Source of the DNA: Leucoraja erinacea
Lineage: Eukaryota
Direction: 5' to 3'
NCBI RefSeq assembly: GCF_028641065.1
Contig: NC_073406.1
Location: 7,316,001 to 7,380,000, forward strand
DNA: 64,000 nucleotides
In this document: one piece after another, positions 35,101 through 46,024 of the stretch
Layout of the letters: every line of letters starts with the position of its first letter
Numbering within the stretch: the first letter of the stretch is position 1
Program-made: the position numbers and the translations under genes
The notes under the pieces: generated by a model
The model's input: only the letters and a program-made list of their open reading frames with translations
Database searches by the model: none
Told to the model about the DNA's origin: nothing

Positions 35101-35388
35101 TAACTTCCCTGTCTAGGGTAACCTGTAGAAACCAGTATCATTCATACGGGTACTGAGAGTTAGTAACAATTTATATACATAATTGATCAATTAATAAATT
35201 AAAATAGTGCAATAATGTATTAGGTCCTAGAGGAAGGAAAGGGGACAATATAGGTCTAGGTAATGGATGGTAGGGTAGATTATTAATTGTCCAGATAAGA
35301 CTGATGCACTGTAGTTGCTGTAAGGATAGGGCTTGTTGTTGAAAGGGCAGATTGTTTCATTCTCAGATGCTCTTTCCAATTTACTCAG

Positions 35389-35581
35389 GTTTCCATTCAG
35401 CAAGCCGGACCTGTTAGTAGAATGGATGAACAATGTAGGAAGAGCTGAATTCAAACCCAACCAGCACACAGTTATTTGCTCAGACCACTTCAAACCAGAT
35501 TGTTTCAACACCTGGGGGAACAGAAAAAATCTGAAGCATAATGCTGTGCCCACAGTCTTCCACTATCCAGATAATGTAAAG
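35389..35581 (+). CDS. THAP3: THAP3 coding exon 2
   Basis: ctcag|G TTT CCA...AAG|gtactg, 193 bp. Encodes FPFSKPDLLVEW...VICSDHF...NRKNLKHNAVPTVF (THAP AVPTIF box). Confidence 0.95.
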
Positions 35582-35755
35582 GTACTGTATTAGTCTTGTT
35601 CGGACCACCTAGACATCCTGGGTTTTAACTGCTCCAAAATAAGCAGCCTTACTTTAATTGCACAGAATTTAACCTCTGGGATTTTCTTCCCAAACTCGCT
35701 TGTTCAGCATCCCTCTAAGATGTTCTTTAAAGTCTGTCTTGTAATTTGTGCTTAT

Positions 35756-35923
35756 GTTCAAACTGCAGAAGCTGGTTTACAAAAAAAAAAGACAAAGTGC
35801 TGGAATAACTCAGTATGTCAGGCAGCATCTCAGGAGAACATGGATGATTTAGGTCAAAACCGTTCTTCAGACTGAATGTCCGGTGGGGGTGGGGGGGGGG
35901 GGGACGACCTGGAAGAAATATAA

Positions 35924-35962
<39 letters not shown>

Positions 35963-36757
35963 GGGTCTGGAAGAAAGATGGGGCAGGGCAAAGCAAGTAT
36001 TAGGTGGGGGTTTTTTTTTGATAGGCAGATGGTTGGACAAGGCCAGAGATGAAAAATACAGAAAGGGTGAGACAAAATAATTGCAAATTGTAAAAGTAGA
36101 GGAAGGAATGTAGGTGGAAGAGAAGGGCAAGGGGGGAAATAGTGGGGCACAGGGGAGAGAGGGAGGGGGGAAAGAAAGGGGATGGGGGAAGAAGGGGGGA
36201 GGGCTTGTTTACTAAAACTGGTGAATTTAATGTTCATACTGTTGTGTGTAAGCTACTGAATGGACTATGAGTTGCTGTTCTCCAGTTTGCTTGTGGCCTC
36301 ATTCTGGCAAAGGAAGAGGCCAGAACAGAAAGATCAGTATAAGAGTGGAAACAGGAGTTAAAGTGGTTAGCAACCAGGAGATCCAATTGACATTGGTGGA
36401 CTGAGCCCAAGTGTTCAGCAAAACGACTGGCGAATATACACTTGGTCTCGCTAACGTACAGAAGGCCACATCGGAAACACAGGATGCAGTAGATGAGGTT
36501 AGAGGAGGTGCACGTGAATCTCTGTCTCACCTGGAAGGACTGATGGGGTCCCTGGCTGGATGGAAGTGAGGGAGGAGATATTACATCTCCTGTGGTCGTA
36601 GTGGAAAGTATCTGGGAAGGGGGTGGGTTGGGTCGGAAGGGTTGAGTGAACTTAGGTGTTGCCAAGGGAGTGGTCTCCGCCAAAAGTGGAAAGGGTTGGT
36701 GATAGGAAGATGTGACTGGTGGTGGGATCACGTTGGAGGTGATGGAAACGTAGTAGG
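35756..36757 (-). mobile_element. Penelope-like element, 5'-truncated (GIY-YIG remnant and terminal repeat)
   Basis: ORF QRFTCTSSNLIYCILCFRCGLLYVSETK...RFAEH...VANHFN matches the GIY-YIG endonuclease signature. Confidence 0.85.
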
Positions 36758-37283
36758 ATGTTGTTTGTTCTCATAATTTATTTACAATGGTATTATGAAT
36801 TAATTTGAGGCATAAAAGGCTTTTCAGAAATATAACATTTGTAGAAGGATGAGAGTGTGAAGGGACAGAGTGGTGCAGAGTAGTAGACAGTGGTTTTTCA
36901 TCTCTGGGTCTTGGGCTTTAATCTGGACTGGGTTGAAAGCATTGAGATTGTGATCCTGCACACAGGAGGTTTATAGAAGTCTGTAATTTGGCCCAATGTG
37001 CAAAAGGGGGTTGACATTGAGATTACAGGGGGGAGGTTTACTTTATATTGTTTTTTTCTAATCTGCAATGCTTGATCCCAAACGAGAGGATCCCCATTGT
37101 GCTGAGCAAAGATTGAATCTGAATCTCAATGACTGTATCTTGAAAAAAGTTGCATGAGGAGATATTGTAATGGAAAACACAAAGTTGCGTTGAGACTCCC
37201 CTGTGAAGATTGAGTGCCTCGGCAAGTGCTGAAAGATTATCAGTGACTGTAGAATCAGTACCCCAGTCATCATCATTTTTACA

Positions 37284-37376
37284 GTCTGAAGAAGGGTTTC
37301 GACCCGAAACGTTGCCTATTTCCTTTGCTCCATAGATGCTGCCTCACCCGATGAGTTTCTCCAGCATTTTGTCTAC
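37284..37376 (+). mobile_element. 93-bp Penelope-derived insert with intact minimal hammerhead core (37286-37313)
   Basis: 13-bp TSD CATCATTTTTACA (37271-37283, 37377-37389). Core CTGAAGA-A-GGGT-TTCG-ACCC-GAAA-CG-TT. Confidence 0.8.
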
Positions 37377-37467
37377 CATCATTTTTACAATGTTGCGAAT
37401 AAGGAATTTTGTCCTTCCTTCCATTATTCTAAACTAGGGTCCATTGTTTGACTCTTTTGTATTCCAG

Positions 37468-37548
37468 CAGAGACATCGTGCAAGGAAAAAACTGAAAATA
37501 ATCAGTGAAGTATTAAAGATTGAAGTTGCAGAAGAAAATCTTGAAATG
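37468..37548 (+). CDS. THAP3: THAP3 coding exon 3
   Basis: ttccag|CAG...ATG|gtgggt, 81 bp, phase 0/0, open frame QRHRARKKLKIISEVLKIEVAEENLEM. Weakly conserved, so the call rests on splice signals. Confidence 0.7.
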
Positions 37549-38107
37549 GTGGGTATTGGAACAAGTCGGGCCATGTGAAACCTGAGTTTGGGGGTGGGAG
37601 TCAGAACACTCACACTCCTTTGGGGAAACATTAGCTGAAATAAATAGGCCATATGAGACACTATGGCTGAAAACTTTTAAATATGTAATAATATAAATGT
37701 TAGATTGTTAATTAACTCAGATATAAGTGACTACTCATTTTCAATATAGGCATTTAAAATTAGTTCGATTAACAAGAGATTAATTATAAACTTTATAGCT
37801 GTTGAGATTCTAAGGAAAACAAAATTTTAGGTGTTCCTGGATCACAATATTTATACAACCTGAATCATAAGGGTGGGGGGAGAGCTAACTACGTAAGAAT
37901 GTGCTTGTATTGTATCTGTAGTTTGGTTACATATTCATATTTTATGCATGCGCAGGGAAATGGATGGTCTTGGATATGTTTTGCCTGTTTCAGTTGTGCT
38001 TGCAGAAGGGGTTTGGTCACCCAAATAAAATGACATAATCTCGCCTTTGATCTGTGCTTATTCGTTGAACTACATGAATGTTGAGTTGCATGGATTTCTC
38101 CTCATAG

Positions 38108-38428
38108 GCGCCTGAGCTAGTTCTGGGTGGAGAAGAGGAGAACACGCCACTGGCAAACCCTGCTGAAGATGGTTCCACCAAATTTGGTGCAGATCACACC
38201 TACGCTGCCACTAACCTGGGCATGATGAAGAGGAGACTGTTTACTGCACTGGAAAAGAATGAGAAGCTGCGGAAGCGGCTGAAGGTGAAGCAGGAGGAGA
38301 TGAGGAGAATGGTGAAGAAATGGCATGCAATTAAGGATGAACTGGAGAACCTGAGAGCAAAGAGTCTGTCAACGGTCAGCGAGGTGCCCCTCACAGACAC
38401 AACCCATCTACAGGAATGCATCAGTTAA
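38108..38428 (+). CDS. THAP3: THAP3 last coding exon (HCF-1 binding motif, coiled coil)
   Basis: ctcatag|GCG. Encodes ...GADHTYAATNLGMMKRRLFTALEKNEKLRKRLK..., matching the THAP3 DHSY...ENEKLRKRL region. Confidence 0.88.
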   Translation, partial: APELVLGGEEENTPLANPAEDGSTKFGADHTYAATNLGMMKRRLFTALEKNEKLRKRLKVKQEEMRRMVKKWHAIKDELENLRAKSLSTVSEVPLTDTTHLQECIS

Positions 38429-39679
38429 ACCAAAGTGTGTTTGGAGAACAAAGAACTGTGAGTGAATGGACGGTTCACTCAGTCGCCGCATAACCGTGAT
38501 GAAACTTGCTGGTGCACACAAACTGCAAAATATTATGCTTGAACAATTTAGAAGGAAAACGATAGACAATCGCCTAAATGTGGAACTGATGGAGGCAGAG
38601 CAGATCCCAATCCAGCATGGTTGAAACCTGTCACAATGTCTTGCTAATCCCTGAAGACATCTCTGCGACTGAGTTGTAAAGAGTTCTGGCAACTGATTGT
38701 CACAGATTTTAGTTGTCAGAACTCTGCAGGGCTAGTGGCCATTTTAGGAATACAAGTCTGACCTTTCAGAATGCAATCTTTCATTGTCTGTGCTGACGGG
38801 TAGAGTCCCCCTGTGATCATTCTCAGCTCAGATTCACGTCATCAGGAGAGGTGTGGAGAGAACATTTGTCGAGAAAATAAACGGAACAAATAACATATGG
38901 ATTTGAAGTTGTTGTTAATCTCTTGTCACAACAGAATTGTTTTTGTTGTGGTTTCAGGTTGAAGTTATGGATCTTTCTTCCACAGTGAAATACCTTGGAG
39001 GAAGACATGAGGATAGGCAGCCATTGGCTATATATCTGGAATTACCATCAAAGTACCCCCACTCTCCACCTCCACCACTGACAGTGGTTGTCCAACATGT
39101 CCTGGACACTGAAAACAGCTGTAATAGACAGTTGAGAGGGTGAATCTTATTTTTATGAAAATTATGAATTAATCTACATCCTATTTAAAATAAATCTACC
39201 TCCAATGATTATTGATCCTCTGATCATTGGAAACAGTCTCTAATTGTTTATTCAATTAAACTATCTACAGTTTCTAAACACAATTATATCTCCCCTCAAT
39301 CTTCTCTTGAAGAAGAACAATTCTATTTTTTCTGGTCCCTCAACCAATCTGAAATCCCTCATCGCTGATGGCATTTTGATAAATTTCCTCTGCACCCTCT
39401 CTAAATGCTTATGTCGCAAATAATACAATTGAAACCCATACATAGTTTGCTGAATTGAGTCTGAAGAAGGGTCTTGCCCCAAAACGTAACCCATTCCTTC
39501 TCTCCAGAGATGCTGCCTATCCCGCTGAGTTACTCAGCATTTTGTGTCTATCCTAGTTTGCTGATCTTGGTTGTGGCAACAGGTTTGTAAAAATATACTT
39601 GTGCTTGTTACTCTTACTAGGTAATGATTCAAACAGCATGGGTGAAGATCAGGAAAGATCAAAGCTAAGTTCTGGTGTG

Positions 39680-40160
39680 ATTTAGAACATAGAACACCGC
39701 AGCACTGGAAGAGGCCCTTCAGCCCACAATATCTGTGCTAAGCATGATGTCTACTTGAACTAATCCTTTCTGCCTGTACATACACTCAATCCTTCCATTC
39801 CATGTACATCCATGCTTCTATCCAAAAGCCTCAATGCCGCCTTTGTATCTGCCACTACCACTACCTCTGGCAATGCAGTCCAGGCACCAACCTCTCTGTG
39901 TAAAACATGTCCTGCACATCTCCTTTAAACTTTGCCCCTCTCACCTTAAAGCTGTGCCTCTAGTCTTTGACATTTCTACCCTGGGACTGAGGCCCTAAAT
40001 ATGCCTGTCATCATTTTCTAAGCCTCTATCAGGTTTGTCCAGCCTCTCCCCTGATGCTCTCCAATCAGCTTCCCATTAAAGCTCCTATGCACCCTCTCCA
40101 AAGCCTCCACATCATTTCAATCATAGGACGACCAGACCTAACTACATTACTCTAAATGTC
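39680..40160 (-). mobile_element. Decayed CR1 LINE 3' end
   Basis: Reverse complement resembles the CR1 3' region at 34.7-35.1 kb. (TTCTATG)-type tail. Confidence 0.7.
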
Positions 40161-40444
40161 AAAACAAAGTCCCACAAAGCTGAATAAGATTTTTTCCAGA
40201 TAATGTGTAGACAGACTAAACAAAGTAGATCCAAGTTGAAATTGATCGTTACTGATCTCCAATTTCCAACAGTTGGTAGATTTGGAGAAGAAGAAGCAGG
40301 GGACCAACTGTTCCAGGGAGCTATCATGGACTTGTTGCCCTCTGGTGGTGTACATCACTGATCTATTTATCAATGTCATTACAACTTCAGTCACTGCTGT
40401 CTGCATCCAGTGCAGGTAGAACATTGAAATCCAAATGAAAGTGT

Positions 40445-41255
40445 ATGCAGTTGAATGTGGATAAATGTGAGGTTATCCATTTTTGTGGCAAAAACAGGAA
40501 GGCAGATTATTATCTAAATGGTGTCAAGTTGGGAAAAGAGGAAGTACAACGGGATCTGGGGATCCTTGTTCATCAGTCACTGAAAGTAAGCATGCAGGTA
40601 CAGCTGGCAGTGAAGAAAGTGAATGGCATGTTGGCCTTCATAGCAAGAGGAGTTAAGTATCGGAGCAAAGAGGTCCTTCTGCAGTTGTACAGGGCTCTAG
40701 TGAGATCACACCTGGAGTATTGTGTGCAGTTTTGGTCTCCAAATTTGAGGAAGGACATTCTTGCTATTGAGGGAGTGCAGCGTAGGTTCACCAGGTTAAT
40801 TCCCGGGATGGCGGGACTGTCATATCTTGATAGAATGGAGCGGCTGGGCTTGTATACTCTGGCATTTAGAAGGATGAGAGGGTATCTTATTGAAGCATAT
40901 AAGATTGTGAAGGGATTGGACACTAGGGGCAGGAAACATGTTCCTGATGTTGGGGGAGTCCAGAACCAGGGGCCACAGTTTAAGAATAAGGGGTAAGCCA
41001 CTTAGAACGGAGATGAGGAAAAACGTTTTTACACAGAGTTGTGAGTCTGCGGAATTTGCCTCAGAAGGCAGTGGAGGCCGGTTCTCTGGATGCTTTCAAG
41101 AGAGAGTTGGATAGAGCTCTGAAAGATAGCGGAGTCGGGATATGGGGAGAAGGCAGGAACGGGGTACTGATTGTGGATGATCAGCCATGATCACATTGAA
41201 TGGCGGGGCTGGCTCGAAAGGACGAATGGCCTACTCCTGCACCTATTGTCTATTG
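40445..41255 (+). mobile_element. CR1-type LINE, 5'-truncated, relatively young
   Basis: 183-aa ORF QLNVDKCEVIHF...LYRALVRSHLEYCVQFWSP. Very similar to copies at 31.1-32.1 kb and 62.6-63.4 kb. Confidence 0.93.
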
Positions 41256-41264
41256 ATCACTTGG

Positions 41265-42840
41265 TTTTAATGCAGTAGAGATGGTGCAATGTTCCTCATG
41301 CGGGATGTGGGAAGTCTGGGAAACTGCTGGTGTCCCTGATAACTACACCTGTGGGAATTGTGTCCACGTGCAGCTCCTTACAGACTGCATTTAGGACAGT
41401 TAATGGAAATGTCTTGAGGACAGTCCCTATTACGATTAAGGAGGTGTTGAGCATCCTAAGGCGTATGAAGGTAGATACATTTACCAGGCCTGATCAGGTA
41501 TGTCTGAGAACACCGTGAGAAGCTGGGGAAGAAATTTCAATGCCCTGGCTGAGATATATAAACCAACATTAAATACGGGTGAGGTGCTGGAAGACTGGAG
41601 GGTGGCTGGTGTTGCACCTCTATTTAAGAAGGGCTGCAAAGAAAATTCTGGGAACTATAGCCCAGTGAGCCTAACATCTGTGGTAGGCAAGTTACTGGAG
41701 AGTATGGGGGATAAGATATATATGAATTTGCATAGACATGGATTAATTAGGGATTGTCAGCATGGCTGTGTACGGGGATATCAGGAAACAGTGGTGGAAG
41801 GTTATTTTTTGGACTGGTGTCCTGTGCCTAGTGTGCCTTAGTGCTGGGACCATTGTTGTGTGTGGTTTATATCCATGATTTGGATGAAAATGTAGAAGTC
41901 CTGTTTAATAAGTTTACAGATTACACTAAAGTGGGTGGTATTATAGATCGCGAAGATAATTATCAATATTTACAGCAGGATCTTAATCAGTTGGGCAAGT
42001 GGGCTGAGGAACGGTGAATGGTGTTTAATGCAGAGAGGTGCGAGATGTTGTATTTTGGGAAATCAAACCAGGACACTACCTTCACAGTGAATGGCTGGTT
42101 ACCTGGGGAGTGTTGTATAACAGTCATTGAAAGTGGCGTCACAGGTAGATAGGGTGGCCAAGGAGGGTAGACATAAAATATCCGAAACTTCACCCATTCC
42201 TTCTCTCCAGAGATGCCGCCTGTCCCGCTGAGTTACTCCAGCATTTTGTGTCTACCTTCGATTTAAACCAGCATCTGCAGTTCTTTCCCGCACATTGTGG
42301 CCAAGGAAGATGTTGGTATACTGGCCATCATCGGTCAGAGTATTGAGTATAGAAATTTGAATGTTGTGTTGCAGTTGTATGAGATGATGAGGCAGAATTT
42401 TGAATATTGTATTTATTTTTAGGATATTGTAAAGCTCCAAAGAGGGCCAAATGACCTACTCAAATGCACCTATTTTCTATGTTTCTAGGATGAGGGGTGA
42501 TCTTGTAGAAGTGTATAAGATAATGAGGTGAATAGATAGGGTGAATGCACAGTCTTTTACCCCTATTAGGGGAATAAAGAACCAGGGGACGTAGGTTTGA
42601 GGTGGGAGGGGAAAGATCTCAGGGGCGACTTTTTCAGAGGGTGGGGGGATATGGAATGGGCTGTCAGAGGAGATAGTTGGGATGGGTACGCTAACAACAT
42701 TTTAATGTCATTTGGACAGGTACATGGATAGGAAAGAGGGATATGGGCCACACGCCGACCGTTAAGAATAGTGTAGATGGGTCAGCTTGGCTGGCACGGG
42801 CAAGTTCAGATGAAGGGCCCGTTTCCGTGCTCTGTGACTA
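41265..42840 (+). mobile_element. Older, internally deleted CR1 LINE (ORF1 zinc finger and RT remnants)
   Basis: CSSCGMWE..YTCGNC, NYSPVSLTSVVGKLLES and KFTDYTK. Contains a Penelope-derived insert at 42165-42296. Confidence 0.75.
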
Positions 42841-44000
42841 TTTGAGAATGAACTTGGTTTGGGCTGTGCTAAAGATTGCTCTTGTAGCAATTGTAAACTG
42901 TACACCAGTTGGTGCCAAATTTTCTACATTTACTTGTGGGGAACCCATCAGAATTCTGGCCAATAAAGTTCTATTGTATCGTAGATATCTTATTTGTTTC
43001 CAAATCAAAGCAGAGGATTTGTATTATTCAAATTGGCACAGCTCCAAATGTATATTTGAACAGAATAGTACAAATACGAAATGAAAGGACCAAGTGTATA
43101 GTAGTTCTGCTAGTAGCAGAAAGATAGGAAGGAATAACCAACGCCTGCTTTAGAGAGGAGTCAGAGTGGTGAAGGTTTCTCAAAGCTTGTTAGGGAAGAA
43201 TTCTTATTTTGGCAGCACTTTGACATTCTGCTCAGTCGATTAACTATTTTGAAGCATGGAAACTCTTGGAATGCAAGCAAGAACAACTAATTTTCATGCA
43301 AAGAACCCTCAAACAGAGTTGATGTTTAATATGCTTTTTAATGGTTGTGGAAGCAGATACATTGGGTTGCAGGATTCCCTGCCTCCTTGAGCACTATTCT
43401 GAGATCATTTTTTGGGTTACAGCAATGACAATGACAACTTCATCATTTGTATAGTGCTTTGGAAGGTCAAGCAAATCTTTATAAAAATGCAAGTCCTTTA
43501 TTAACTGGGCAGGCAGACAGATTTGAGCCCTGAAAAATGTTTTGAAAATGCATTTTAATGTCTCATTCCAGAGTAGAGTTAGAACGAGAAATCACGATTA
43601 TTGTTTAATTTCCCTGTTCCATTGGTCTTTGGATTAGATCCTATGGTGCAGTTATGCCGCTAACAAGAAATTTCTAAGCTAAGAGTGGAACGGTTTTCAA
43701 ATCTGAAGCTGTTGGGATTGTCTGTCAGGAGTATGACATTCCAGATCCCCAACACATACTGTAGAAAAGTAGCCTGTATGTTTTTTGAAGCAGCTTTCAT
43801 ATGGGCTACAGAGAGCAAGCTCTTGATCCAGTGGCTCCATGGTCAGATTAAAAGTCAGGACGGTGGGTGCATCTTCTGCAGAGACTAATTGAAAATGGAG
43901 CACCATGTTCACCGGATGAGCTTTGCCCTCAAAAATGAACCGTTGGTGCTGCATCTGCTGGCTTATAGAGAGAGAGATTGATGCACAATATACCGTTAAT

Positions 44001-45500
44001 TGTAGATCAGTGCTTTTGTAGTTACGCCCACTTGCTTTTACAGTAATCCTCCCTGCCTGTTTCCCTTAGAATTAGAGAGACATGCTAGCATGAAGTTATC
44101 TAAGCTATGTCGTTAATAAAGTTTTTGGACCTATATCTCGGTGTAAGGCTTCAGTTATTACCACAGCCGTAACACAACGTGGTGTCAGAAATGGGATAGC
44201 GGGGTCGTTTAATTGCAGTGTTTAAGTCCTCGAGGTTGATACAAATCCGTATCTCGTCTCTGTTCTTCTTGGTAGCGACGACCATGGTGGAGGCCCAGTC
44301 CGAGGGGTCAGTTACGGGAGTAATCACACCTCAAGACACCATTCTGTGAAGTTCACTTTGAACACTGTCCCGCATAGCGTGGGGAATCTTATGGGCCAGA
44401 CGAAAAACTGGAATTGCCTCGGGGTCAATGGTAATCGTGTACCTGACAGGTAACCTGCCCAGCTTATTATCAAACAAATCCTTGTATTGTGTTAGGATTT
44501 CTTGGTTAAAGTCACAGTCTGTAATCAGAAGACAGACAGAAGGGCTGAAATTAATCAAACCCATGTCGCGCACACCGGACGACCTGCGAGGATCCGCCCT
44601 CGCCTAATGATGACACTTATCGTAATGGCCGTGTCTTTTATCCCCTTGTCCTTTCAAAACCCTCGTCGAATGATTTCAAAATTATCTCGCCATTTTTCAG
44701 TCCATGGATCTCTGGGCAGACTGCTAACTGACAATGGCAGTCAATTCACTAGCCAACACTTCAGGGAGTTTGCTTGACGCTGGAATATTCGCCACATCAC
44801 CAGCTGCCCTGAATATCCAGTCTAATGGGCTGGCTGAACGAGCTGTCAAAAGTGCCAAACACCTCATGGAACAGCTAAATCCGATGTATTCCTGGATCTG
44901 CTCAACTTATGCAACATGTCCTGTGACCCAATTTTGGGCTCACCCGCTCAACATTTATTAAATCAGGCTTTGATCACACAGGTGATTCCACCTGAGGTTC
45001 AATCCAGAAACGTGACATTCAAAAACAATGGTTTGACAAAACAAGTAGGCCACTGCCACCACTGACCAAGGGGCAGGTGGTCCGTTTACACACTGACAAA
45101 AGCCTTGACCGTATTGGTGATTTCTGGAATTGCTCCTGAGCCACGCTCGTATATCGTCAATGCTGATGGCGGCACCTACCGGCGTAACAGACAACATATC
45201 CTGCCTGTGAACGAGCCAGTTCCTCCGCCGTATTATCCAGACCCTACAAGTACACTTCCGTCTGTGTCTAGTGGCACTCTTACACCTCTATCAGCACAAC
45301 CCATGTCTGCAACGGCTCCTCAGCCTGTAACGACTTCGCCTGCGCCATAGTCTCCTGCTTCATCTCCAGGAATGCCGGTTCAGTCTCCCTCACCTGTGAA
45401 GCCACTTGCTCTCTCCCCCGGGGGAATGAACGGAGATGGTCTCTATTGTACCAGTGCTGGTCTTATTTGTAAGCCGGTTGTGAAGTACCCAGACTATGCT
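44001..45500 (+). mobile_element. Rearranged Ty3/Gypsy LTR retrotransposon relic
   Basis: LTR-like segment with AATAAA at 44115 and PBS TGGTGTCAGAAATGGGAT (44180-44197, tRNA-Leu type). RT N-terminus on the minus strand (GVITPVTDPSDWASTMVV...IRICIN..DLNTAIKRPRYP). Integrase on the plus strand (LLTDNGSQFTS...QSNGLAERAVK). No 3' LTR seen. Confidence 0.85.
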
Positions 45501-45941
45501 TATTATCAATTGCTATCTAATGGGTTTGTACTGTTAAATTGGTAATACAGCAATGGTCTAAAGAGGCTGAGAGTGGACTTAAGGACTGCCTTGAGTTAGT
45601 GCACTGGAGCATGTTCGAAACCAGCCTGAAATAGAATAGCTAAAGTAATTAGTTTGATAAATAAATGCTTTGATTGTGTACACAACCCTCTCCTCGTCAA
45701 CGGAGCTGCTGTAGAAATGAGCAACAGTTTCAAATTTGTTCTCCTAATAACTAGCAACTTAACACTGTGCAGTGATCAAGGAAGTATGTTAATATTGGAG
45801 GACATCACAAGCAACTTTAACGATTGGTTTATTTTTGTGTAGATTGTCTCTATTATTTGATTGATATTGTAGATACCACAACAGAAAAGATCAATGTGAC
45901 TAAGCATATTATATTTTGAAACCTTTCGAGGAATATGTTGT

Positions 45942-46024
45942 AGACAAATAATACTGGAGAAACTCAGCGGGTGAGGCAGCATCTATGGAGAGAAGGAATT
46001 TGTGACGTTTTGGGTCGAGACCCA
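45942..46024 (-). mobile_element. Penelope-derived short insert
   Basis: 10-bp TSD AATATGTTGT (45932-45941, 46025-46034). Same repeat family as 37284-37376. Confidence 0.7.

Noticed and set aside
38937-39143. Acceptor-like TTTCAG at 38957 with a 60-codon open frame after THAP3
   Set aside because: No recognisable homology, and THAP3 already terminates at 38428. Cannot be supported without transcripts.
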